Of a stretch of 64,000 nt of DNA, positions 1 through 9,056 are shown in pieces. The DNA lies in the NCBI GenBank assembly GCA_047611225.1, contig JBLFWP010000003.1:88583-152582 (forward strand). The letters are read 5' to 3'. The notes beneath the pieces are model-generated. The model searched no databases, was not told the DNA's origin, and was given only the letters and a program-made list of their open reading frames with translations. The stretch comes from Halioglobus sp. (GTDB taxonomy: Bacteria; Pseudomonadota; Gammaproteobacteria; Pseudomonadales; Halieaceae). The position numbers were made by a program, and so were the translations under genes. Every line of letters starts with the position of its first letter. Position 1 is the first letter of the stretch.

Positions 1-519
1 ACCCGGTACAGACATTGCAGGCGGAGAATCCTTAGTCGCTCGTATACTATCCATCAGACCGGAGCGCGCCCACCAGGCCGTCGCATCGTACCCAGTGTGA
101 CCCGCCTCGGGGCCACTCTCACCATAGGGCGTAAGCGACGCATAAATAGCCCTCGGATTCACTGCTCGAATGTCATCATAGTTAATCTTCAGGCGATCGC
201 GAACACCCAGTGGGTAGTTGGTGATAAACACATCGGCTTTTTCAAGAAGCCTATCCAAAACAGCCCTGCCCTGAGGCTGCTTTAAATCCAAAGCAAGGCT
301 CTCCTTATTTCGATTGGTCACTTTCCAGGGGTAGTTACCGCCACCCCTAGGCATCCCGGGCAAGTGTTGCAGCTGCCGGTAGCCGTCGCCGATCCCAGGA
401 GGCTCCACTTTTATTACCCTGGCACCGTAGTCCGCCAGGATAGTAGCCGCTGCAGGACCAGCGACAAAACTGGCGCAATCAATCACTAGAAGATCACTGA
501 ATAGAGCGTCTGACTTCAT
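1..519 (-). CDS. Family III CoA-transferase (CaiB/BaiF), runs off the window start
   Basis: Translated by hand (not in the ORF track): MKSDALFSDLLVIDCASFVAGPAAATILADYGARVIKVEPPGIGDGYR...NRNKESLALDLK...ADVFITNY...GYD, typical CaiB motifs; open to position 1. Confidence 0.9.
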   Translation of the reverse strand, partial: MKSDALFSDLLVIDCASFVAGPAAATILADYGARVIKVEPPGIGDGYRQLQHLPGMPRGGGNYPWKVTNRNKESLALDLKQPQGRAVLDRLLEKADVFITNYPLGVRDRLKINYDDIRAVNPRAIYASLTPYGESGPEAGHTGYDATAWWARSGLMDSIRATKDSPPAMSVPG

Positions 520-599
520 AAATACAATCCTTTGCTAGTTCTTATTCGGTCGAGGAAAAAGGTGTATCTGATGATTGCAGATCACCCGGCGGTCTAGCG

Positions 600-1418
600 C
601 TAGTCGCTGCCGTGCCATTGTCTCGGGTCTAGCTGATAGTACTGGCTCAGCTCATCGTACAACTCGGGGCGCCTTTTATAGAGCTCGTTAGGCTTTTCAA
701 AAAATGTTTCTGTAGCAACCGCGAAAAATTCAGCCGGGTTGGTGGTGCCGTAAGAATCCATCACACTCTTTTTTTTCTGTAGCGTGCGGGTGCGTAAGTC
801 TTCAAAGTTCTCTGAAAAAATTATCGCCCATGATTGATAACTATTGTCTCTCAGAAAAGGCGCGCCATTGGTTGAGCCGGAGGCTGAATCCAACTGGTGA
901 GCGAACTCATGCAAGGCCACATTATGGCCATCGCTGAAATTACGGACCCCCTTCTCAACATCGTCCCAGGATAGTATTACCTTGCCGTTGCTCCAGGATT
1001 CCCCTGAGAGGTGGTGTCCGGCGTGCGCCACGGTGCCGTCTTCATTGTGCTGATCTCGTACTACCCGAAACGCAGCGGGATAGATCAGCACTGACTTTAA
1101 CTCTGGATACACTGCGCCATTCTGATTGACCAACAATAGGCAAGCTTGCGAAGCGACCGTAACGCGGACTTCGTCAGTAATGACCAGCCCTTCACAGCCA
1201 TAAAACCGTTTGCGAGCGATAAACAGCTGAATTAGCTTACGCAGTCGGGTTTGCTCCGCCTCAGATAGAGCTTCGTATATCGGTAACCCAGCGTTCAGAT
1301 AAGGCAACCAATGGGCAGGGAACGGCTTGCGCTGCACCCAGTCATCCCGCCGCTGCCTATAGAAGAAATAGCAACAGAATGCTATTGCGACCAGTACGAG
1401 AGGTACGAGCGCTGTCAT
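600..1418 (-). CDS. MtfA/YeeI-like zinc peptidase (M90) with N-terminal TM helix
   Basis: GHNVALHEFAHQLD (HExxH) and YGTTNPAEFFAVATETFFE; start moved to ATG 1418, which has a GGAG SD. Confidence 0.85.
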   Translation of the reverse strand: MTALVPLVLVAIAFCCYFFYRQRRDDWVQRKPFPAHWLPYLNAGLPIYEALSEAEQTRLRKLIQLFIARKRFYGCEGLVITDEVRVTVASQACLLLVNQNGAVYPELKSVLIYPAAFRVVRDQHNEDGTVAHAGHHLSGESWSNGKVILSWDDVEKGVRNFSDGHNVALHEFAHQLDSASGSTNGAPFLRDNSYQSWAIIFSENFEDLRTRTLQKKKSVMDSYGTTNPAEFFAVATETFFEKPNELYKRRPELYDELSQYYQLDPRQWHGSD

Positions 1419-1449
1419 CGCACCACTCCAGATAGCTGCGCCGACAACC

Positions 1450-2406
1450 TCAAGAATAATAACTCTGGATTTGCGCTGGATCCTCCAAGCTCGGAAAGTG
1501 ATCAGTGCCTGCAGTTTCAATAATCGTCACTGCCTCACGCTGCCCCGCACTGTTGATCATCGCACTGCGAGAGAGCACGTGGTCGCGTTCTCCAACAAAT
1601 AAAGTAACTCGCTTAAAGTTGTCATAACTTTCATAACCGGTACCAGCCTGCCACGCAATAATATTACTGGAGTTAACAACAGCCGTGGAATATTGGCGCG
1701 GCGTAAACGGAATAGTGGCGACAATTCTATTTTTTGTAGCGTTGGTCACCCACATCATCGGTGACTGCAACCGCGTTGATTCGGGCAGAACTCGCATTAG
1801 CGAGAAGACAAAGGGAAACAAAAAGAAACCCACCGGCTGCAACTTCTTTTCCCCATCATTGAACAGTCGCCCCTGCGGTACCACTGCAGCCTCCAGAATG
1901 GCCTCAACGCTGGCCGCTCGTTCTGGCTGCTGATTACCCGTTTCCAGCACAACAGCCCCTCCGCGAGAATGCCCGTGGAGCACCACCCGCTCAGGGCCCG
2001 TCAGATGCTCAAGCACTTGATTCACACAATAGGCATCGTGTGCAATGGTACCCAGTGGGTGAGGGTTGGACGTAAACCAATCAGGAGCCGGCTCAACTTC
2101 TACCTTAAAGGGGTTTTGGTAATTGGCGTTGTTCACCAATATGAGCTGCGCCGGCACATCGTGATAAACTTCCAGAAAGTAGCGCATATCCTCAACGAAG
2201 CCGGGAAAGCACACCACCGTAGTTTGCGCTACCAAGTCAGCATCTAAATGGGAGCGATCCGGGAAAGCCACCAAGTTTTCTCCCAGGCGCAGCATGGTGC
2301 CCTCAAAAGCCTCCGCGGGAGGCGCCGGCCATTCCTTATCTGCCAGCATGCGCCTTAAAAAAACCACGGCGACCACAATGAGGAGTAAGGTAATTAGTAT
2401 ATTCAT
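1450..2406 (-). CDS. Membrane-anchored alpha/beta hydrolase
   Basis: Nucleophile elbow GHSRGG, Asp in GERD, His in GTDHF; hydrophobic N-terminus. Confidence 0.75.
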   Translation of the reverse strand: MNILITLLLIVVAVVFLRRMLADKEWPAPPAEAFEGTMLRLGENLVAFPDRSHLDADLVAQTTVVCFPGFVEDMRYFLEVYHDVPAQLILVNNANYQNPFKVEVEPAPDWFTSNPHPLGTIAHDAYCVNQVLEHLTGPERVVLHGHSRGGAVVLETGNQQPERAASVEAILEAAVVPQGRLFNDGEKKLQPVGFFLFPFVFSLMRVLPESTRLQSPMMWVTNATKNRIVATIPFTPRQYSTAVVNSSNIIAWQAGTGYESYDNFKRVTLFVGERDHVLSRSAMINSAGQREAVTIIETAGTDHFPSLEDPAQIQSYYS

Positions 2407-2553
2407 ATCAAATCCAGCCCGGGGTCACTAACAGAAAAACTAGCCTTGCCCGCTTTCGCAGCGACTGCAAAAGCGTAAGCTTCGACGTACTCAAGTGTAG
2501 CAAGAATGTCAGAGGGTGACCTTTCCCGGCAGGCATGCAGCGGAGCGACGCGA

Positions 2554-3579
2554 CTAGAGAAGTGAATCCACTAGATTTTCTATCAACGCAGCCCCGGCCC
2601 ATGTTAGAGGTGGAATAATCAAGTACAGGGAGAACCGTGTGATATTGCCGATATCGAAAGGCCATGTTGAGGAACTCGCGATTTCCCGTCTGTAGCTGAG
2701 CAGAGGTGCCAGCCTCTCCAGATAGGCAGTATCTGGGCCTTCCTGGGTCCTGCTTGCAATGCAGGTCTGGATTTTCTCATTCATTACCGCCAACTCTGAG
2801 TCCTTTTGCGCTAACAGTCGCTGGTGTACTGGCCAAACGGGAATGACCAACATAATCACCAAGGGCACGAGTGCAGCTATAGCGCCGGGGAGGCTCTCTG
2901 CAAGATGGAATTCTCCTTCAAAACCGATTAACGGGAACAGCGCCAACGCACCGATAATAGCCAAGCTGGTGCTGATAGAAACCCTCGCAAAAGGCGCCAG
3001 CGCTCCCCTGTTCAGCAGGGACACTCTAACGTGCTTCGCTCCCAAACGACTAAACTGTATGCTCTGCTGCGTAAGGGTCGTAATGACCGTAGTCATAACC
3101 ATCCAAACAGCAACCGCCCCCATGGCGGTAAGCAGCCCGGACAACCCACTTACCGCAGCTAGCGCAGCAGCCTCCAGAGAGCCGCGAAGAAAACTAATGT
3201 GCGCAACCCCACCCAGGAAGCCCAATGACAACCGGATGACAGTCTGTCTGGTAGTGGAGGAATAAAGCCAGTGCTTGGCCTCCTCAAATTCACTTTCACT
3301 TAATTCCAGCTGCGGCCGCAACTCCTCCAGAGCTTCCTTCGACCGCGCGGTGATGAATCCGAATACAGGGATAATATAGGCGAGAATGAGGCTGAAAAAT
3401 AACGCTGGAATAGTCTGGTAGTCCCCGTTTCCTTGACTAAAGTGCAGCACAGGCCACAAAGTCAAAAATAGCGCTACGCCCGTCAGTAGCCGACCATACT
3501 TGCCGGGGAATTTTAGGTGTAGAAGCCAGATAGTACGTCTAGGCAATGTTTTTCTCTTCGCTAGGGACGGTAGCACCAC
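2554..3579 (-). CDS. Multi-pass membrane protein of unknown function
   Basis: 341-aa ORF with about 7 hydrophobic segments; AGGAG SD before GTG; C-terminal TWPFD motif. Confidence 0.7.
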   Translation of the reverse strand: MVLPSLAKRKTLPRRTIWLLHLKFPGKYGRLLTGVALFLTLWPVLHFSQGNGDYQTIPALFFSLILAYIIPVFGFITARSKEALEELRPQLELSESEFEEAKHWLYSSTTRQTVIRLSLGFLGGVAHISFLRGSLEAAALAAVSGLSGLLTAMGAVAVWMVMTTVITTLTQQSIQFSRLGAKHVRVSLLNRGALAPFARVSISTSLAIIGALALFPLIGFEGEFHLAESLPGAIAALVPLVIMLVIPVWPVHQRLLAQKDSELAVMNEKIQTCIASRTQEGPDTAYLERLAPLLSYRREIASSSTWPFDIGNITRFSLYLIIPPLTWAGAALIENLVDSLL

Positions 3580-3762
3580 CTAAAACTCCTGATGGTGACG
3601 CTTCTATGATATACCCAATTTCGTTGGAAGCTGCCACAAAAATCTGAAAATGGTATTCTCTCGTCGCGGCGGCACACCCGCTGCACTAAAATGCTTCAAA
3701 TATTTAGATCCTTTCAGAACCAAATACTGAACAAGCTCTCCAACAAGACAAGGGACCCCACT

Positions 3763-5619
3763 ATGCAGCGCCTTATTGCAGCCAGCCTTCTCCTGATCGC
3801 CGCCAGTGCCACCGCGGCAGACAAGCAACTACTGTGGGGAGACACGCACCTGCACACCACCTACTCCTCGGACGCCTATGCCAACAACAACCTGACAGCA
3901 GCACCGGACACTGCATACCGCTACGCTCGGGGCATGCCCGTGGTGCACCCTTACCATAAAGCTCGCGTACAAATCGGCACGCCGCTGGATTTTTTAGTGG
4001 TTTCCGACCATGCAGAGTTTCTAGGAGAGATTCGCAACATCCATCGCAATGGTGTCGACACCTCTGATATTGGAATCATTGCTTCGATCAAGGCCAGTGT
4101 TGCCGCTTTCATCCTCAATCGCGCTATCGACAGTGGTGATGGGCGCAGCCTGTTCGTTTCCATACTGCCCGACCCTAACCTTACGCCACTGCAAGATGCT
4201 GAAGCTTCGACGATAGAGTCAAGTGACCTCAGTCTGTTGCCCATGCCCAAGCAGATCGAAATCGATACTTGGAAAATCATTACTGACGCCGCAGAAGACT
4301 ACAACGAACCCGGTGTTTTCACCGCACTGATTGGCTGGGAGTGGAGTGCTATTCCCGCAGGAGCAAACCTGCACAGAGTCGTAGTCACCGATAGTAATGC
4401 GGCTATTGCCCAGCAGTACGACCCGTTTGGTCTGGACGACAGCCCCTTCCCCGAAGACTTGTGGGCCTGGCTGGAGAAAACCAGCGCCAGCACTGGTGCG
4501 GACTTCGTGGCAATCCCGCACAACTCCAATATCTCCAAAGGCTATATGTTTTCCCAAAAGAGCCTGCGTGGGGCGGAAATGACGCCGGATTACGCAGCCC
4601 GACGCATGCGCTGGGAACGCATTGCAGAAATCACACAGATAAAGGGAGATTCCGAAACCCACTCCGTCTTTTCTCCGAATGATGAGTTCGCCGATTTCGA
4701 AAATTACCCCTATTACATTCAAAAGGAGTGGTCCGAGTACCAGCCACAACCCGGCGACTTTATTCGTCAGGCCTTAAAACTAGGCCTGCAGATGGAACAA
4801 ACACTAGGCCAAAACCCCTATCAGTTTGGCGTAATCGGCTCTACCGATTCACACACTTCCCTGTCCTCTGCGGAGGAAAATAACTTCCATGGCAAGCTGG
4901 CAACCGACTCCGTCCCAGCCAACAAGCAAGGCAAGTTTAACGATGAAGGCCCCAGCTCCAGTGGTTGGGCAATGTCCGCATCAGGGCTTGCGGCCGTCTG
5001 GTCTGCAGAAAACACGCGGGAGGCGATTCTTGCCGCCATGCGTCGCCGAGAAGTCTATGCCACCAGCGGTCCGCGTATTGCCGTGCAATTTTTTGGCGGC
5101 TACGGCTTCACAGAAGCTGATCTGGCAGAGGCTGACCTCTACAGCCACGCCACAGCTAGCGGCGTCCCCATGGGCGGCGAGCTGACCAACGCTCAGGGCT
5201 CTCCAACATTTCTAGTGGTGGCAGCGAAAGATCCAGTCGACGCCAATCTCGATCGTATCCAGATCGTAAAAGGCTGGCTTGATGATGCGGGTGAGCAACA
5301 CGAACAAGTATTCAATGTCGCTTGGTCGGACGAAAGAGAACTGGGCGAAGACGGTAAACTGCCTCCAGTGGGGAATACCGTTGACCTTAAATCCGGAAAG
5401 GTTGAGAACAGCATTGGCGCAGCCCAACTCAGCGCCATGTGGCAAGACCCGAGTTTCAACCCAGACCAAGCCGCGTTCTATTACACCCGAGTCCTGCAAA
5501 TCCCCACCGCCAGGCATTCATTGCTGGACGCGCTAGCGCTAGGGATGGAACACGCCAAAGATCAACCTGACACGATTGCAGAGCGCGCCTACACCTCTTC
5601 TATTTGGTATACACCTTAG
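3763..5619 (+). CDS. Secreted DUF3604 family protein (PHP-like metallohydrolase fold)
   Basis: Signal peptide MQRLIAASLLLIAASATA; motifs WGDTHLHT, SDHAE, NLHRVV, IPHNSN, QIKGDSE, STDSH, ERAYTSSIWY. Confidence 0.85.
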   Translation: MQRLIAASLLLIAASATAADKQLLWGDTHLHTTYSSDAYANNNLTAAPDTAYRYARGMPVVHPYHKARVQIGTPLDFLVVSDHAEFLGEIRNIHRNGVDTSDIGIIASIKASVAAFILNRAIDSGDGRSLFVSILPDPNLTPLQDAEASTIESSDLSLLPMPKQIEIDTWKIITDAAEDYNEPGVFTALIGWEWSAIPAGANLHRVVVTDSNAAIAQQYDPFGLDDSPFPEDLWAWLEKTSASTGADFVAIPHNSNISKGYMFSQKSLRGAEMTPDYAARRMRWERIAEITQIKGDSETHSVFSPNDEFADFENYPYYIQKEWSEYQPQPGDFIRQALKLGLQMEQTLGQNPYQFGVIGSTDSHTSLSSAEENNFHGKLATDSVPANKQGKFNDEGPSSSGWAMSASGLAAVWSAENTREAILAAMRRREVYATSGPRIAVQFFGGYGFTEADLAEADLYSHATASGVPMGGELTNAQGSPTFLVVAAKDPVDANLDRIQIVKGWLDDAGEQHEQVFNVAWSDERELGEDGKLPPVGNTVDLKSGKVENSIGAAQLSAMWQDPSFNPDQAAFYYTRVLQIPTARHSLLDALALGMEHAKDQPDTIAERAYTSSIWYTP

Positions 5620-5653
5620 GCGCAAGCGCGGCTTTAACGACAGGTAAATAACA

Positions 5654-6511
5654 ATGGCAGCCGAAACCGCTGCAGTGCGCCACGCCATTTACCTTTCTTT
5701 TGTAATGATTGTTCTGGCCAGCACCGCAGCAGCCACCACCAAATATGCATCTGGTAGGGCCTCCACCGAAGCTATCGTGACGGTGCAGTACCTAATCTGC
5801 ATGATCATGGTGCTGCCTAGAATTCTCAGGCACGGTCTTCGTAATCAGCGTACTGAACGCTTGGGACTACATGTGTTTCGAGGTGTTGTAGGTGTGGGTG
5901 GCTTCTACCTGTTTTACGCTTCACTCAACAACATCCCAATGGTAGACGCCATGCTGCTACGCCAAAGCGCACCGCTTGGTGTGCCGCTGGTACTGTGGCT
6001 ATGGAGTAGAGAAAAAGTACCTGCCCGAGGATGGCTACCCCTCATTATTGGATTTGCGGGCATTTTCATTATTCTGCGGCCAAGCCCCCAAGGGCTTAGT
6101 TGGTGGCACGCTGCGGGTTTCCTATCTGCCCTCAGCCTGGCGATCTCGATGATTGCAACAGCCCGCTTATCCACAACGGAACCTACCTCTCGCATCCTCT
6201 TCTATTACGTGGTGATATCTCTAATCTGCGTCGCCCCTTTTAGCATTGGGGATTTTTTCGGTCTCAACTGGTTAGACTGGGCCGCAATGTTATATGTGGG
6301 ATTCGCCATCTACTGGGTACTCGAATTGTATACCCGCGCCTACGGTATGGCGCCCGCCTCTGCCATTGCTCCCATCAACTATTTCGCAGTCCCTCTAGCA
6401 GGGCTATGGGGCTGGCTGTTCTGGGAACAACTGCCCGACATCTGGTCGACGATAGGCGGTTTGTTAGTAGTTGCTGGAGGCCTGCTGACAATCTATCTCG
6501 CTAGAGATTGA
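5654..6511 (+). CDS. EamA/DMT family transporter
   Basis: 285 aa, about 10 TM helices in two repeats. Confidence 0.85.
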   Translation: MAAETAAVRHAIYLSFVMIVLASTAAATTKYASGRASTEAIVTVQYLICMIMVLPRILRHGLRNQRTERLGLHVFRGVVGVGGFYLFYASLNNIPMVDAMLLRQSAPLGVPLVLWLWSREKVPARGWLPLIIGFAGIFIILRPSPQGLSWWHAAGFLSALSLAISMIATARLSTTEPTSRILFYYVVISLICVAPFSIGDFFGLNWLDWAAMLYVGFAIYWVLELYTRAYGMAPASAIAPINYFAVPLAGLWGWLFWEQLPDIWSTIGGLLVVAGGLLTIYLARD

Positions 6512-6567
6512 GCGTGTGAAAGCCGGTCGCCCGCATCCGGAAGCCAGCAGAACATTAGCGCAGGGTT

Positions 6568-6867
6568 TTACTTAGAAGCAGTCGCGCCGCTTTCGTAGAT
6601 GCCGCGTTTTTCAGCGTTATAGTCGAGGCCACTTTTTCGGGTATCTTCCTCGCTGCGCCAAGTCTTCTTTGGTCCAGCACCGACATATTTGCTGCCAGAA
6701 TCCAGATTGGTCGCATCAACCCGAACTTCTTCACGCAAATCACCCGTTGTACAGGCTTTATCCGTAAAGCTGGCGACACCTGTCGCTGGATCAACACACA
6801 TATAGACTCGCGCCATCGCCACCTGTGGCAGCAGTAGTACAATACTAATCACAATAAACTTTTTCAT
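6568..6867 (-). CDS. Small secreted DUF4124-like protein
   Basis: Signal peptide followed by VYMCVDPATGVASFTDKAC. Confidence 0.7.
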   Translation of the reverse strand: MKKFIVISIVLLLPQVAMARVYMCVDPATGVASFTDKACTTGDLREEVRVDATNLDSGSKYVGAGPKKTWRSEEDTRKSGLDYNAEKRGIYESGATASK

Positions 6868-7051
6868 TTTGTTTTCACGTCCCTTTTAAATACGGGTCTT
6901 AGCCCACTACAGTCAAGCTTAGGGAGTGCACTGAAAGGGCACCACTAAAAGGTGCAGTTATCTCCAGTTAAGCGGTTTACGCCTTTACATAGCATATATG
7001 GAGTTTATATCGCTATTATTTATAAGTTATTGGGTTATTTTCTCCACTTTC

Positions 7052-7078
7052 GAACCTATTCACCCTGTGACTGTCTAC
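7052..7078 (+). promoter_or_regulatory. Putative RpoE/AlgU-type ECF promoter for msrA
   Basis: GAACCT-N16-TCTAC, ending 33 bp before the msrA ATG. Confidence 0.4.
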
Positions 7079-7111
7079 TAAACAAGTCAATTTTCCGGAG
7101 TAAAACCAGTC

Positions 7112-7696
7112 ATGCTACGAAAAGCGCTTCTATTTGCCGTATTTATAGGATTAGCCCCTGCTGCATCGGCAGAATCCAGCACCGCAACTGCCCTCTTCGC
7201 CGGGGGTTGTTTCTGGTGTACGGAATCTGATTTCGAAAAACAGGAGGGGGTTAACCAGGTAGTGTCAGGCTTCACCGGTGGGACCCTGAAGAACCCCACC
7301 TACTCCGGTAATCACGAAGGGCATTTTGAAGCCATTGAGGTGACTTACGATCCAAATATCGTGAGCTATAGAGAGTTAGTAGATTTATTCTGGCTCAACG
7401 TAGACCCATTCGACAATCGAGGACAGTTTTGCGACAAGGGTTTTAGTTATCGCAGCGGAATCTTTGCCGGCACGGAAGAGGAGTTGACCCTGGCTAAAAA
7501 TTCGAAGGACGCAATACAGCTTCGGTTTCCCGACGACACTGTCCATACTGAAATCAGAACAGCAAACACCTTCTGGCCGGTAGAGGAGTACCACCAGGAC
7601 TACTATCTAAAGAACCCCCTACGCTACAAATACTATCGCTGGAATTGCGGGCGCGACCAACGCCTGGAAGCATTGTGGGGTGAAAGAGAACATTGA
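7112..7696 (+). CDS. msrA: Peptide methionine sulfoxide reductase A, exported
   Basis: GGCFWC catalytic motif, EEYHQDYY, GQFCD; N-terminal signal peptide. Confidence 0.95.
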   Translation: MLRKALLFAVFIGLAPAASAESSTATALFAGGCFWCTESDFEKQEGVNQVVSGFTGGTLKNPTYSGNHEGHFEAIEVTYDPNIVSYRELVDLFWLNVDPFDNRGQFCDKGFSYRSGIFAGTEEELTLAKNSKDAIQLRFPDDTVHTEIRTANTFWPVEEYHQDYYLKNPLRYKYYRWNCGRDQRLEALWGEREH

Positions 7697-7840
7697 TGCA
7701 CCTCGAGGCACCGAAAAAGGCGTCCACTCAACAAACAGAGCTGAAAAAGACAAGTGATGACAGCGGTTGCGAAAGTTACCGCATACAAAAACTGGAAGTG
7801 TCGATGGCAAGAGTGTCGCTAGGGCGAAAATCTCAGACCA

Positions 7841-8383
7841 TCAGGTTTTAACGGTTGCCAACAAGGCCAAAGCCTCATCACACCAAGCAAGAAAGTGTTC
7901 ACCTTGGCTGATCCCCGAAGCGAGCGCCAGATAAACGCCTTTGCGCCGAGTTGGCAACGTTTTAGGGTTTTCATAATGGCGTAAACGGATTTTTTCGAAT
8001 AGATACAAAAGACGCATCATCTCTTCTCGGCGCGCGATAACCTCCGTCGTCAGATGAGGCGCATTCTCCTCCGCCAGGTTATACAGCTTTACCAGTAACT
8101 CATCCTTGGCTGCCTGATTTTTAGAACTGCTGTAGACCCAACTAGCGAGTTCTTTGCGACCCGACTTAGTCAGCCCGTAGACAATTTTATTGGGGCGACC
8201 ACTTTGGCTAACTTCACGTTTGTTCAGCCATTGTTTGTCAGACAGTTTATGGAGTTCTTGATAGATTTGCTGATGCGAGGCTCGCCAGAAAAAGCCAAGG
8301 GAAGATTCGAAATCCTTGGCTAATTCATAGCCGGACAGATCATCGTCAATCAATGCAGTCATGATTGCCTGAGCAAGCGCCAT
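7841..8383 (-). CDS. PadR family transcriptional regulator
   Basis: SGYEL...FFWRASHQQIYQEL...KIVYGLT; start at MALAQA after a GAAGGGG SD. Confidence 0.9.
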   Translation of the reverse strand: MALAQAIMTALIDDDLSGYELAKDFESSLGFFWRASHQQIYQELHKLSDKQWLNKREVSQSGRPNKIVYGLTKSGRKELASWVYSSSKNQAAKDELLVKLYNLAEENAPHLTTEVIARREEMMRLLYLFEKIRLRHYENPKTLPTRRKGVYLALASGISQGEHFLAWCDEALALLATVKT

Positions 8384-8585
8384 ACCGTCACCCCCTTCCT
8401 TCATTTGGATTCTCGAAACACCCAAACAATGGTTATTTATAATCAGGCCGTATCCGTCAGCTACAGCATACTCCTGGCAATAATTCCCCGCAAAGCCTTT
8501 GACCTCAATTTTGAAAGTTTTTGCAGCCTTGGGCGCCACTAAGGGGAGGAGTCGAGCTACCCGCTGAAAGGCAGCTTTCTAAATT

Positions 8586-9047
8586 CTACTGTGTGCGCAA
8601 AAATGTCGTGGAAGCATCGCCATAGTAGGTGGCCTCCCCAATGCCTATCACTAGATAGATCCTGTCATCAGCCGCGGGTTGTGAGGAAATTGAAAGTGCC
8701 CACGGTTGGCCCTCGTCGGTAGGGGGCTGCATCGGCAGGGGCCGAGAATCTTTGCCCGGACTAGCGACGCTCATAACGGCACCATCCAAAGCATGTGATG
8801 AGCGCAATTCCAGATGAGCCGCCGAACCACCCTCTACATAGCGCAGTGTCAGCTGGAGATCTTCATTCTCCAGCTGACAGTCTCCACCACTATAACGGCA
8901 GCCGCTTTTTTCCAGCAGAGGATAGGACTGACCTGGCTGGGCTGGTGCCGGTGTTTCAGCCGTTAGCTGGCCCACTCCAATCCAAGCCAGTACCGATAGT
9001 ATCGGCCCGACTATCACAGCGGCCAAGATATGTTTATTGCTCAGCAT
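8586..9047 (-). CDS. Membrane-anchored hypothetical protein, last gene of the symporter operon
   Basis: N-terminal TM, CRYSGGDC cysteine pair, 9 bp after the symporter stop. Confidence 0.7.
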   Translation of the reverse strand: MLSNKHILAAVIVGPILSVLAWIGVGQLTAETPAPAQPGQSYPLLEKSGCRYSGGDCQLENEDLQLTLRYVEGGSAAHLELRSSHALDGAVMSVASPGKDSRPLPMQPPTDEGQPWALSISSQPAADDRIYLVIGIGEATYYGDASTTFLRTQ

Positions 9048-9056
9048 TAGCCGCCA

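Noticed and set aside
7763-7782. GAAA-capped hairpin between msrA and the PadR gene
   Set aside because: Single imperfect stem with no downstream U-tract on either strand; too weak to call a terminator or ncRNA
8384-8539. N-terminal extensions in the ORF track (PadR here; also MtfA-like, DUF3604, ndk, hscB, iscA, acyl-CoA ligase)
   Set aside because: Family motifs and SD positions point to downstream ATGs
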